NCBI GenBank assembly: GCA_965249725.1
Contig: OZ252251.1
Location: 320,001 to 384,000, forward strand
DNA length: 64,000 nucleotides
Direction of reading: 5' to 3'
Source of the DNA: Longimicrobiales bacterium
GTDB taxonomy: Bacteria; Gemmatimonadota; Gemmatimonadetes; Longimicrobiales; Gaopeijiaceae
Every line of letters starts with the position of its first letter. Position 1 is the stretch's first letter. The notes under the pieces were generated by a model, which saw only the letters and a program-made list of their open reading frames with translations, was not told the origin of the DNA and ran no database searches. Positions 1 to 9,735 of the stretch are shown piece by piece. The position numbers and the translations under genes are program-made.

Positions 1-587
1 AGTACCCTCACCAGTTGTCGGGGGGCATGAGACAGAGGGTAATGATCGCGATGGCTCTGTCCTGCGAGCCCAAGCTCCTCATTGCCGACGAACCCACCAC
101 CGCTCTGGACGTCACGATTCAGGCTCAGATCCTAGACCTACTCGCGGCGCTTCGACGAGCGCACGGGATGTCCATGCTGCTCATCACTCACGACCTCGGG
201 GTCGTGGCCGAGGTGTGTGATCGCGTTGTAGTCATGTACGCGGGACAGGTGGTAGAATCCGGGTCGGTGGAGGAGATCTTCGAGAATCCGCGCCATCCCT
301 ACACCCAGGGTCTCCTGGCCTCCCTGCCGGAGTTGGGTGGCAAGGGACGCGAGCTCAACCCTATTCCGGGGGTGGTCCCCAGCCCGGTCGCCTGGCCGGA
401 GGGATGCCGTTTCCGGGAGCGCTGTTCCTTCGCCTGGGAGCGCTGTCAGGGCGAGATGCCCGAGTTGCTGACCGTCGAAGGAGCTGCGGGGCGGGCCGCG
501 CGGTGCTGGCTCGAGGAGGACTCCGGTTCTCCCGACTCGCCGCCGCCCGATTCGCTCGCCTCTGAGTCCGCCAGAGATCTCCCATGA
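1..587 (+). CDS. Oligopeptide/dipeptide ABC transporter ATP-binding subunit (OppD/DppD-like), 5' partial
   Basis: [12 protein letters not shown] signature, [12 protein letters not shown]alker B, HPYT..LL and CRFRERC C-terminal motif; frame open from the window start. Confidence 0.93.
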   Translation, partial: YPHQLSGGMRQRVMIAMALSCEPKLLIADEPTTALDVTIQAQILDLLAALRRAHGMSMLLITHDLGVVAEVCDRVVVMYAGQVVESGSVEEIFENPRHPYTQGLLASLPELGGKGRELNPIPGVVPSPVAWPEGCRFRERCSFAWERCQGEMPELLTVEGAAGRAARCWLEEDSGSPDSPPPDSLASESARDLP

Positions 588-1606
588 GTCCGGGCTCAGG
601 GAGCGGCAGCGGGTCGCCCGGCGATGTCCTGGTCGACGTCCGGAATCTCGAGAAGCACTTCCCGGTTCACCGTGGTGTCTTGGGGCGCACGGTTGGACAG
701 GTCAGGGCGGTGGACGGCGTGAGCTTCCAGATTCGCCGGGGTGAGACATTGGGGCTCGTCGGCGAGTCCGGCTGTGGAAAGTCGACTACCGGCCGTGCCA
801 TCCTCCGACTCCTCGAGCCGACGTCCGGCCAAGTGCTGTTCGATGGCGAAGACGTCGGTGCCATGGACCGCGATCGGTTGCGGGGATTGCGTAGGAGGGC
901 GCAGATCGTCTTCCAGGACCCCTTCAGCTCTTTGAACCCGCGCATGACCGTCGGCGCGATGCTCAAGGAGGTCCTCAAGGTCCACGACCTGGCTGAGAAG
1001 GGCTCGGCACGACTGAGGCGCGTGGCCGAGTTGTTGGAGATCGTGGGATTGCGCGCCGAGGACGCCCACCGTTATCCGCATGAGTTCAGCGGAGGTCAGA
1101 GGCAGAGGATCGGCATCGCGCGTGCCCTATCGGTGGAGCCCGACTTCATCGTGTGTGATGAGCCGGTATCGGCTCTGGACGTGTCGGTTCAGGCGCAGGT
1201 GATCAACCTGTTGAAGGATCTGCAGACGGGGTTCGGTCTCACCTACCTGTTCATCGCCCACGATCTGGCTGTGGTGGAGTACGTGAGCGATCGGGTGGCG
1301 GTGATGTACCTGGGCAGGATCGTCGAGTCGGCCGTTGCGGAGGACCTGTATCGATCTCCTGAGCATCCCTACACGAGAGCTCTCCTCTCCTCCGTGCTGA
1401 GACCCGATCCGAAAACCACTCGAGCGCGGGAGCGTATCATGCTCCCGGGAGACGTGCCGAGCCCCATGAATCCCCCAGCGGGATGTCCTTTTCATCCCCG
1501 TTGTCCGCATCCGGGGAAGGACGAAATGTGCGGCCAGGTCGTTCCTCCGCTGGAGGAAAGAGCGTCGGGTCACTATGCGGCTTGTATCAAAGACGGAATG
1601 CCATAG
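584..1606 (+). CDS. Oligopeptide/dipeptide ABC transporter ATP-binding subunit (OppF/DppF-like)
   Basis: GESGCGKST Walker [30 protein letters not shown] overlap with the upstream gene. Confidence 0.94.
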   Translation: MSPGSGSGSGSPGDVLVDVRNLEKHFPVHRGVLGRTVGQVRAVDGVSFQIRRGETLGLVGESGCGKSTTGRAILRLLEPTSGQVLFDGEDVGAMDRDRLRGLRRRAQIVFQDPFSSLNPRMTVGAMLKEVLKVHDLAEKGSARLRRVAELLEIVGLRAEDAHRYPHEFSGGQRQRIGIARALSVEPDFIVCDEPVSALDVSVQAQVINLLKDLQTGFGLTYLFIAHDLAVVEYVSDRVAVMYLGRIVESAVAEDLYRSPEHPYTRALLSSVLRPDPKTTRARERIMLPGDVPSPMNPPAGCPFHPRCPHPGKDEMCGQVVPPLEERASGHYAACIKDGMP

Positions 1607-1627
1607 GAGAGTCTTGGAGAATTAGGG

Positions 1628-1656
1628 TTGACAGGGTTGTCGGGCCGCTCCACAAT
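1628..1656 (+). promoter_or_regulatory. Sigma-70-type promoter for the ExbB/TolQ gene
   Basis: TTGACA-N17-CACAAT. Confidence 0.6.
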
Positions 1657-1744
1657 TCGACTCCTTGCAAAAATCAGGATGTCTTGGCCTCCCGCATTTT
1701 CGGCCGGGGCGTGTGGTGGAAAAAATCCTATGCTGGAGGTTCCC

Positions 1745-2452
1745 TTGGTCGGTGTGACGCGTGTCTACAGTGCCCTGATGCAGATCCCCGGGGTCGATGC
1801 ACCCAATCTGACGCTGCAAGAGCAGTTGTCGACGAATTGGGATGGAATGGGCTTCATGCGCTGGCCATTGGCTTTATGCGTCGTTCTCGGAGCCATCGTC
1901 ATTACATGGAAGTTCTTCGACCTGCTCGTGAAGTCCGCTCGCACGAAGAAGGTGCTCAGCGAGGTCGACGAGCTCCTGAGCCAGCATCGAATCGATGAGG
2001 CGCTCGAGGCCACGCGGAATTCCGATGCCCCCGCGGCCAAAATCCTCTATGCTGGTCTCGATCGGCACGAGGAAGGCACGGAGCGTGTCATGAAGGCCAT
2101 CGAGAACCAGGGCTTGATCGAGCTGAGCAGGCTCGAGAAGGGACTCGTGATTTTGGCGACGCTGACCAACGTGGCGCCGCTTCTCGGCTTCCTCGGCACG
2201 GTGATCGGAATGATCATCGCCTTCCAATCCATCGAGGCGGCCGGTGAGGTCGAGGCGACGCTGGTGGCTGGAGGAATCAAGGTGGCGCTGCTCACCACGG
2301 CGGCCGGACTCGTCATCGCCATTCCGGTGAGCATCTCGCACAACTTCTTCGTGTCGCGGATCGACAGCTTGGTCATCGACATGGAAGAGTCGGCTCAGAA
2401 GATGATCGACGCGCTCCACGCGATGGAGACGGATCGAACCGCCAGCAGCTAA
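1745..2452 (+). CDS. MotA/TolQ/ExbB proton channel family protein
   Basis: LATLTNVAPLLGFLGTVIGMI and AGGIKVALLTTAAGLVIAIP motifs; start uncertain (TTG 1745 after GGAGGT; alternatives 1730, 1754, 1778). Confidence 0.9.
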   Translation: MVGVTRVYSALMQIPGVDAPNLTLQEQLSTNWDGMGFMRWPLALCVVLGAIVITWKFFDLLVKSARTKKVLSEVDELLSQHRIDEALEATRNSDAPAAKILYAGLDRHEEGTERVMKAIENQGLIELSRLEKGLVILATLTNVAPLLGFLGTVIGMIIAFQSIEAAGEVEATLVAGGIKVALLTTAAGLVIAIPVSISHNFFVSRIDSLVIDMEESAQKMIDALHAMETDRTASS

Positions 2453-2478
2453 GTCTGGCACCGACTCGATGAGCACCG

Positions 2479-2514
2479 AGAGGGGCCACCCGTCAGGGTG
2501 GCCCCTCTTCTTTT
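2479..2514 (+). terminator. Intrinsic terminator
   Basis: 13-bp stem AGAGGGGCCACCC-GTCA-GGGTGGCCCCTCT followed by TCTTTT. Confidence 0.85.
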
Positions 2515-2525
2515 CGCCCGTGTCC

Positions 2526-2603
2526 GACGGTGGTGCACGACGGTGGTGCACGATGGTGGTGCACGACGGTGGTGCACGATGGTGGTGCACGACGGTGGTG
2601 CAC
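2526..2603. repeat. Tandem repeat, 6 x 13 bp GAYGGTGGTGCAC
   Basis: Six head-to-tail copies differing only C/T at position 3; no spacers. Confidence 0.95.
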
Positions 2604-2655
2604 AGCGGTCGTGGCGCGCGAACTTCTGAGACACCACACTAGTATCTAGAACCTG

Positions 2656-5052
2656 TTGGCTTCCTCAGTACTATTCGGTGGGATTCGCAGCACAGTGAGA
2701 TCCGGCGGCACACTCCTTCTTCTGACCCTTCTTTCGGGGGCCGCTCCCGGTCCTCGGGTCGAGACCGCTCCGACTGCCCCGAATCTGACTGGTACCCTCT
2801 CCCCCTCCTCCCCATTCCGCTCCGATGCCCTTCTGGATTCGGCCCGAGCGGAGTTCGACGCCGGCCGGTATTGGCACGCCAGCCGTCTCCTGAGGTCGAG
2901 GCCCGAGGACGCAGAAAGGGAAGTCGCCGAGGTCCTTCTGCTGGCTCGTGCCGACGCCGGATGGAAGAACTGGTCGGGTGTCGTGGAGAGTCTCGAGGGG
3001 GTGGAGTGGCTGGATGCGCTGGAGGGTGCCGAAGGCCGCCGGCTCCTGGCCCGCGGGCTGGAGGCCGAGGAGCGCTGGGATGCCGCCGCCGATCATTTCG
3101 CTCTGTTCCGTAGGACGGATCCTAGCGGGAGCGTCGTAGCGCCCGAGGCTTCACGAGAGGCTCGCTCTGCGGCCAGGGCAGGCCGATGGGAGTCGGTCCC
3201 TGAGGCGTTGGAGATGGCCGGTGGGGAGTCCCCCGAGCTGGTGGCTTGGACGGCCCTCGACGTCGCCGAGTGGTCGGCGGCGGACGCGGACGTACAGCGG
3301 GTGCTCCAGCTGCTTCCGTGGATCCGGCGTGACTCGGCCGCCGCCGAGGCGGCGTGGGACATCGAGCCTCGGGTTCTCCTCGCATCAGGGGATTCCACCC
3401 GGGCCCTCGAGGCCTATGCGCGGAGCCTGGAAACCGAGACGCACCCCTCACGTCGTGGACGGGCCTTCTCGAGGGTAGGGCAGTTGAGGCTCGCCCAGGG
3501 CGACTCTGCGAGTGCGAAGCAGGCGTTTCTTGCCTCGCTCGCGGCCTATCCCCGGGGGCGGAGCGGTGCACGGTCCGCCAGCGCGGTGATCGACATGAAC
3601 GGGTTGGACACCGATCTCTCGCTCTTGGCGGCGCAGGCCCTGGACAGGGCGGGTGATAACAGACGCTCGCTCGATGCCTACGAACGGTACGTGGAGCTGC
3701 GCCCCGACTCACTAGAAGCTGATCCCGCGGTGCAGCTGGTCATGGCCCGTCTCCTTTCGGCGACCGGGCAGTATGAAGCCGCGGTCCGGGATTTCAGGAT
3801 ACTCGTCGAAACCGACGATCCCGACTTCGAGCTCAGAGTGCTCGATCAATGGCTCCGCACACGGAGGCGGCAGGGCAGACGCGATGCCGCCCGCACGATC
3901 CAGGGCTGGATCATCGAGCGCTTTCCCGAGAGCCGGCAGGCCGTCGACATCGTGTTTTCCTGGGCTGCTGCCGCTCACGATCGGGGCGCGCATACCGAGG
4001 CCTTCGCGGGCTACGAGAGGGCGATGACCATGGCGCCGTCCCTCAGCTCGGCCGGGCACGCGAGGATGCGACTGGGGCAGATGCACCTCCTGCAGGACGA
4101 CGTCGAGGCCGCAGCCGGTGTGTTCGAGGGGTACCTCGAGGACTTCCCGAATGGCCAGCGGTGGGAGGAGGCCGCCTATTGGGCGGCCTCGAGCCTGGAG
4201 TCGCTCGGTCGGGATCCCGAGGCCGAGGACTATTTGCGGATGATCCAGCGAGGGAGTCCGATTTCCTACTACGGGACCCTCGTTTCGGAACACCTCGCCG
4301 AGCCCTACGCCCCTTCGGTTCCCGACGGGCCTGTCTCCGACCCACCCGGGTGGCTGCGCGCCGGTTTGGCGACTCTGGATCTCCTCGCCGCTGCCGGCTT
4401 GGACGCCGGCGCGGAGAATCAGGTCGAGCAGCTCGTCTCGAGGTCGGACGGCTCTGTGCCGGAGAGCCTGGATCTGGCCGACAACCTGATCGAGCGGGGA
4501 TTCACGATCGACGGGATCAACGTGGGCTGGAAGCTGCTCCGCGAGGGGAGTCCATACAGCCGCAGACTCCTGCGTGTGCTGTATCCCTTCCCGTACCGGG
4601 ACATCGTGACTCGGGAGGCCGAGGAGGCCGGCATCGAGCCCTTCTTTCTCGCCTCGCTGATTCGGCAGGAATCGGCGTTCGCGCCGGCGATCCGGTCACC
4701 GGCCGGTGCCATCGGTCTCATGCAGGTGATGCCGGAGACCGGGCGGGAGCTGGCGAGGGGGCAGGGCATTCGGGGATTCACGCCCGAGAGCCTCGAGACG
4801 GCGGAGATCAATCTCCACCTTGGCACCACCTTCTGGGTGGATATGGAGCGTCGCTACGGGGACGGCAATCTGCCGTTGGCCCTCTCGGCCTACAACGCTG
4901 GACCGACGCGGGCGCGACGGTGGCGGCGCTTCCCGGAGGCCGAGGATCCCCTACGCTTCACCGAGCGGATTCCCTTCGATGAGACACGTGGCTATGTGAA
5001 GAACATCACGCGCAACATCCACGTGTACCGCTTCCTCTACGGGCAAGACTGA
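2656..5052 (+). CDS. Soluble lytic transglycosylase (Slt70-like) with TPR-like helical repeats
   Basis: C-terminal SLT motifs IRQESAF, GLMQ, AYNAG, ETRGYV; hydrophobic N-terminal signal-like segment; start uncertain. Confidence 0.88.
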   Translation: MASSVLFGGIRSTVRSGGTLLLLTLLSGAAPGPRVETAPTAPNLTGTLSPSSPFRSDALLDSARAEFDAGRYWHASRLLRSRPEDAEREVAEVLLLARADAGWKNWSGVVESLEGVEWLDALEGAEGRRLLARGLEAEERWDAAADHFALFRRTDPSGSVVAPEASREARSAARAGRWESVPEALEMAGGESPELVAWTALDVAEWSAADADVQRVLQLLPWIRRDSAAAEAAWDIEPRVLLASGDSTRALEAYARSLETETHPSRRGRAFSRVGQLRLAQGDSASAKQAFLASLAAYPRGRSGARSASAVIDMNGLDTDLSLLAAQALDRAGDNRRSLDAYERYVELRPDSLEADPAVQLVMARLLSATGQYEAAVRDFRILVETDDPDFELRVLDQWLRTRRRQGRRDAARTIQGWIIERFPESRQAVDIVFSWAAAAHDRGAHTEAFAGYERAMTMAPSLSSAGHARMRLGQMHLLQDDVEAAAGVFEGYLEDFPNGQRWEEAAYWAASSLESLGRDPEAEDYLRMIQRGSPISYYGTLVSEHLAEPYAPSVPDGPVSDPPGWLRAGLATLDLLAAAGLDAGAENQVEQLVSRSDGSVPESLDLADNLIERGFTIDGINVGWKLLREGSPYSRRLLRVLYPFPYRDIVTREAEEAGIEPFFLASLIRQESAFAPAIRSPAGAIGLMQVMPETGRELARGQGIRGFTPESLETAEINLHLGTTFWVDMERRYGDGNLPLALSAYNAGPTRARRWRRFPEAEDPLRFTERIPFDETRGYVKNITRNIHVYRFLYGQD

Positions 5053-5080
5053 GCGTTTACACGGTCCGTCGGGGGCCTTC

Positions 5081-5110
5081 TTGACGATGGGCCCGCCTGC
5101 CCCCTAACCT
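5081..5110 (+). promoter_or_regulatory. Probable promoter giving a ~95-nt csp 5' UTR
   Basis: TTGACG-N18-TAACCT; long 5' UTRs are typical of csp genes. Confidence 0.5.
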
Positions 5111-5209
5111 AGAAGTGCGGGTCGGGAGACCCGGTCGCCGCCCTCGGCTGGACCGCGAGCTCGGGGCGCCGAGTAGCTAGCGTTTCATGCTGCAAAAGGA
5201 GTGGTCGGA

Positions 5210-5410
5210 ATGTCCAAAGGGACCGTCAAGTGGTTCAACGATTCAAAGGGGTACGGCTTCATCTCTCAGCAGGAGGGTGAAGACGTCTTCGTCCACTTCT
5301 CCTCTATCGTAGGGGACGGCTTTCGCACCCTTGCGGAAGGCGAGGAAGTCGAGTTCGAGCTGGCCACGACCGAGAAGGGGTGCCAAGCCGCGAAGGTCAT
5401 CCGGGCATAG
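5210..5410 (+). CDS. Cold-shock protein (CspA family)
   Basis: GTVKWFN, KGYGFI (RNP1), DVFVHFS (RNP2); AAGGAG RBS. Confidence 0.96.
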   Translation: MSKGTVKWFNDSKGYGFISQQEGEDVFVHFSSIVGDGFRTLAEGEEVEFELATTEKGCQAAKVIRA

Positions 5411-5434
5411 ACGCACTCCCCATCCCAAAGCAAG

Positions 5435-5476
5435 ACGCCCCGCGGACCGCAACGGTCCGCGGGGCGTTCTGTTTCC
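5435..5476 (+). terminator. Intrinsic terminator after csp
   Basis: Stem ACGCCCCGCGGACCG-CAA-CGGTCCGCGGGGCGT followed by TCTGTTT. Confidence 0.8.
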
Positions 5477-5484
5477 TGTTCGAG

Positions 5485-5534
5485 CGCCGGCGGACGAACG
5501 CCGGTGGACCAACGCCGGCGGACGAACGTCGGTG
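5485..5534. repeat. Tandem repeat, ~3.5 x 14 bp CGCCGGYGGACSAA
   Basis: cgccggcggacgaa / cgccggtggaccaa / cgccggcggacgaa / cgtcggtg. Confidence 0.8.
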
Positions 5535-5554
5535 TCGGTTGCCTGACGCCGGTG

Positions 5555-6514
5555 TCAGTTGCCCTGTCGAAGCGAGATCGAACCGTCTCCCGTTCGTAGA
5601 TCGATCATCGGCCCACCTCCGTTCAGCGTACCCTGGACCGAATGCTCCCGGATGCGGCCCATGAGCTGAAGACCCTGCTCGACGCTGAGATCTTCGCCGT
5701 CCATGTGTACGTCTGCGGCGATGTCTGCAGGCGCTGTCAGAACGATGTCTCCGTCGCCCGTCGACACCGAGATCTCGTTCGCATCAAGCAGGTTGATGCG
5801 GATGTCCCCGTCGCCCGAGGCCACGTCTAGCGGGGCTCGGACAGAACGGAGGATCACATCGCCGTCCGACGTCCGTATTTCGGCCCGTTGGCTCTCGAGC
5901 CGATCGACGATGATGTCTCCGTCCGAGGTATGGATGTCGAGATCCCCGTTCTCGGCGGCGTCCACGGCGATGTCACCATCGGAACTCCTCAGGACGGTGT
6001 TGCCGGAGAGGCTGGTGGCCTGGATGTCTCCGTCGTCCGTCTGGACGCGTACATCCGTGCCCTCGGGGATGGCTACGACGACGGTGACCGAGAAGCTGCG
6101 ATGCTCCCGCCACTCGCTGTTGCTGATGTCATGGTCGTCGGCTTCGACGTAGACCGTGTTGTTCCGCTCGGTCACGCCGAAGTCCATGTCCTCGAAGACC
6201 TCGAGAGCCCACTCCATGTCCGAGGCGTCTACATAGGCACGCACGTCGACAGTGGAGCCCGAAACGGATTCCAGGACGATGTCCGCGTCGGCCAGGTCCA
6301 CGTCCAGTCCACCGTCTCGGACGTCGAACTGACGTGTGAAGACTTCCTCGCCGTATGAAGAGTATGCGGCCCTCTGCACGTCGGCCTTCTCTGCGACCCG
6401 GGCTTCACCGGGGCTTTGGTGAGCCGATAGGCGCGCCTGGATCCTCGCGCCCGCAATGCCCAAGAGAGCTACACTGGCGATACCGGCGATCAGGAGTCTT
6501 GGTCGTGTATTCAT
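5555..6514 (-). CDS. DUF4097-like beta-strand repeat protein, exported
   Basis: Signal-like N-terminus; repeated (T/S)xDGDI motifs; C-terminal GGGPMIDLRTGDGSISL. Confidence 0.85.
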   Translation of the reverse strand: MNTRPRLLIAGIASVALLGIAGARIQARLSAHQSPGEARVAEKADVQRAAYSSYGEEVFTRQFDVRDGGLDVDLADADIVLESVSGSTVDVRAYVDASDMEWALEVFEDMDFGVTERNNTVYVEADDHDISNSEWREHRSFSVTVVVAIPEGTDVRVQTDDGDIQATSLSGNTVLRSSDGDIAVDAAENGDLDIHTSDGDIIVDRLESQRAEIRTSDGDVILRSVRAPLDVASGDGDIRINLLDANEISVSTGDGDIVLTAPADIAADVHMDGEDLSVEQGLQLMGRIREHSVQGTLNGGGPMIDLRTGDGSISLRQGN

Positions 6515-6681
6515 CGTCTTCCCCGCGTCGAGATGGAGCTTCCTTCTGCTCCGTGTTGGACGGCGTCCGAGGCAGGAGGGTTGGAATCACGAGAAGACCG
6601 GGTAGGCTGCTGGCCGGCCCTGTGTACCGGGTCTAGATTCCTCGGCCTATGACACCCCCGCGGCCACCGCTCTCCTAGCAT

Positions 6682-9558
6682 ATGGACGTCCCTCCCAAGG
6701 AGGCTCCACGCCTCTTCCTGATCGATGCCTATGCCCTGATCTATCGGGCGTTCTTCGCATTCATCAACCGGCCCCTGACCAACTCGAAGGGCGAGAACAC
6801 CTCTGCCCCGTTCGGATTCGCGAACTTCCTCATCGAGATCCGCGACAAGTACCAACCCGACTACCTCGCGGTGGTCTTCGACGCGGGCAATAGCCACAGG
6901 GAGAAGGTCTTCCCGGCCTACAAAGCGACCCGGGAGAAGATGCCCGACGAGCTGCGGGCGAGCCTTCCGAGGGTTCGTGAGCTCGTGGCTGGCTTCAACG
7001 ATGCCCTGGTGGAGCTGGACGGATACGAGGCGGACGACGTGATCGGCACGTTGGCGGTGAAGGCGCGTGAGGCGGGCCTTGAGGCGGTGATCGTGTCGGG
7101 GGACAAGGATCTGTACCAACTCGTGGGGCCCGGCATCCACCTCTTGAACCCTGGACGAGGAGGTCCGCATGGGGTCGCGGCCGAGTGGGTGGATGAGAGC
7201 AACGCTCACGAAAAATTCGGGATTCCGGCGTCCAAGGTCATCGACTACCTGGCGCTGATCGGTGATTCCTCCGACAACATTCCCGGAGCCAAGGGAGTGG
7301 GACCCAAGACGGCGCTCAAGCTCTTGGAAGAGTTCGGGAGCGTCGACGCCATTCTGGATCGGGCCGAGGAGATATCGGGGAAGCGGGCGAGGGAGTCCCT
7401 CACCGAAAATGCGGACGAGGTGCGTCTCTCCAAAGAGCTCGTCACTATCATGACCGACCTCGACGTGGATCTGGATCTCGATGCGCTGGAGGTCCACGAG
7501 CCGGACAAGGAGAGGCTGCACCGGTTCTTCGTGGAGATGGAGTTCCGCCGTCTGATGGAGCGATTCGCGCCGAAGGGAGCGCCTGATGCGGCTCTCAGCC
7601 CGGTGCCGTCTCCACCGCAGGACGCAGCCACCGAGGTCATGCCCGATCCCGGTAGCGAAGGCGGGGCCATTGAGGGGGAGGGCGGCTCCACTGGAGGTGT
7701 ACCGGCCCCGCCTGCGGTGGTGAGTTGCACACTGATCACCGACGTAGATCAGGTGGCTGATCTACTGGGACGCATCAGGGAGGCGGGCCGTGTGGCCTTG
7801 GCCGTCCATACCGCGTTTCCCGACCCACATCGAGCCGGCCTGGTGGGCCTGGCGTTGGCCGTCGAGCCCGGGGAGTGCTTCTACCTGTCATTCGATCATG
7901 TGCCTCAGGGCGAGCCGACGCTGGCCTTCGAGTCCGTCGGCATCAGCAATCTCCCCGCTATGGATACGCCCGAACTTCGGCCGCTCGTGGGGCTGCTCGA
8001 GGATGCATCGATCGAAAAGGTGGGCGCTGACCTGAAGGCCTGCGCGGTGGCCCTCGATCGATTCGGCGTTGCGTTGGCGGGGATCGATTTCGATGTGACC
8101 ATCGCGTCCTACGTTCTCGATCCCGGTCGTCGGGCTCACGACTTGGGCGCTCTATGCCAGGATTTCCTCGGGTTTTCGCTGTCGCCCTACAACGACATCG
8201 TGGGCACCGGGAAAAAGCGGGTCAGCTTCGCCGAGGTAGATCAGGAGATCGCCCTCGACTACGCAGGCCGGCAGATCGACGCGGCGCTACGCCTGGCCGA
8301 GCGCTTTCTGGTCGACCTCGAGGATCAGGCCCTCGGGGCTCTCTTTCACGATCTGGAGATGCCGCTCATTCCGGTACTGGCCGGGATGGAGCGCGAGGGC
8401 ATCCGTATCGACGCCGGGTTCTTTCAGGCCATGGGCGAGCGGCTCGATCGGGACCTGACCCTGATCCGAGAGGAGATCCACAAGGTGGCAGGGGAGGAGT
8501 TCAACCTGAACTCGACGCCTCAGCTACGTGAGATCCTGTTCGAGAAGCAGGTTCTTCCGGTCATCAAGCGGACCAAGACCGGTCCTTCCACCGATTCGTC
8601 GGTTCTCGAAGAGCTCGCAGCCGAGGGCCATGAGATTCCGCGGCTGATGATGGAGTACCGTGAGCTCGAGAAGCTCCGCTCGACCTATGTCGACGCGTTG
8701 CCGCAGCTGGTGATTCCACGAACGGGCAGGATTCACACCCGCTTCAATCAGACGGTGGCGGCCACGGGTCGCCTCTCCTCGAGCGAGCCCAACCTGCAGA
8801 ACATCCCGATCCGCACCGATCTGGGGCGTGAGATCAGGAAGGGGTTCATCCCTGCCGAGGGATACGTTTTCTACGGTGCGGACTACTCCCAGGTCGAACT
8901 CCGGATCCTCGCGCATTTCTCGGGTGACGAGCCCCTCGTAAGGGCCTTCCGGGACGGCATCGACGTCCACAAGCAGACGGCGTCGGTCATTTTCGATGTG
9001 CCGCTCGACGAGGTGACCTCCGATCAGCGGAGCCAGGCCAAGACGATCAACTTCGCCACGTTGTATGGACAAGGCGCCTTCTCGCTCGCCCGGCAACTGG
9101 GTATCGATCGCGAAGAGGCCAAGGTGTTCATCGAGCAGTACTTCGAGCGATTCAGCGGTGTTCGTGCCTATCTGGACGAGCAGGTCGCGAGTGCACACGA
9201 GAAGGGCTTCGTAGAGACGCTCATGGGCCGGCGACGCTACGTACCGGAACTGAAAGCCAAGAACTGGAACGTGCGACAGTTCGGGGAGCGGGTCGCGCAG
9301 AACACACCTATCCAGGGCACGGCGGCCGACATGATCAAGAAGGCGATGATCGATGTGGACCACGTGCTGGCCGAGGCGGGCACCGGCGCACGTATGCTCC
9401 TGCAGGTACACGACGAACTGTTGCTCGAGGTGCCCGTTGGGGAAGAGGATGCCCTCGCAGAGTTGGTGGTCGACCGGATGGAGGGGGCCATGGAGCTGAG
9501 CGTCCCCTTGGTTGCCGAAGGTGGCGTGGCGACGTCCTGGTACGACACCAAGGGGTAG
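6682..9558 (+). CDS. polA: DNA polymerase I
   Basis: 5' nuclease motifs (LIDAYALIYRAF, YEADD, GDSSDNIPG); polymerase motifs DYSQVELR, AKTINFATLYG, LQVHDELL. Confidence 0.98.
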   Translation: MDVPPKEAPRLFLIDAYALIYRAFFAFINRPLTNSKGENTSAPFGFANFLIEIRDKYQPDYLAVVFDAGNSHREKVFPAYKATREKMPDELRASLPRVRELVAGFNDALVELDGYEADDVIGTLAVKAREAGLEAVIVSGDKDLYQLVGPGIHLLNPGRGGPHGVAAEWVDESNAHEKFGIPASKVIDYLALIGDSSDNIPGAKGVGPKTALKLLEEFGSVDAILDRAEEISGKRARESLTENADEVRLSKELVTIMTDLDVDLDLDALEVHEPDKERLHRFFVEMEFRRLMERFAPKGAPDAALSPVPSPPQDAATEVMPDPGSEGGAIEGEGGSTGGVPAPPAVVSCTLITDVDQVADLLGRIREAGRVALAVHTAFPDPHRAGLVGLALAVEPGECFYLSFDHVPQGEPTLAFESVGISNLPAMDTPELRPLVGLLEDASIEKVGADLKACAVALDRFGVALAGIDFDVTIASYVLDPGRRAHDLGALCQDFLGFSLSPYNDIVGTGKKRVSFAEVDQEIALDYAGRQIDAALRLAERFLVDLEDQALGALFHDLEMPLIPVLAGMEREGIRIDAGFFQAMGERLDRDLTLIREEIHKVAGEEFNLNSTPQLREILFEKQVLPVIKRTKTGPSTDSSVLEELAAEGHEIPRLMMEYRELEKLRSTYVDALPQLVIPRTGRIHTRFNQTVAATGRLSSSEPNLQNIPIRTDLGREIRKGFIPAEGYVFYGADYSQVELRILAHFSGDEPLVRAFRDGIDVHKQTASVIFDVPLDEVTSDQRSQAKTINFATLYGQGAFSLARQLGIDREEAKVFIEQYFERFSGVRAYLDEQVASAHEKGFVETLMGRRRYVPELKAKNWNVRQFGERVAQNTPIQGTAADMIKKAMIDVDHVLAEAGTGARMLLQVHDELLLEVPVGEEDALAELVVDRMEGAMELSVPLVAEGGVATSWYDTKG

Positions 9559-9735
9559 TCGCCAACTCTCGGCCTTGCGGGAGCCTCTCGGCGGGGTGAG
9601 GCCTCAGAGTCCCGTCCGGCCATCCCACGGCCCGGACAGCCCCATCAACTTTCCGTTCCACTCCAGGCCGACCGAAGGGAACGGAATCTCACGGCCCCTT
9701 CCTCTGTGGCCGGAACCACACATGGGAGGAGCAGC

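Noticed and set aside
2526..2603. Possible CRISPR array
   Set aside because: 13-bp units are contiguous with no unique spacers, and there are no cas genes
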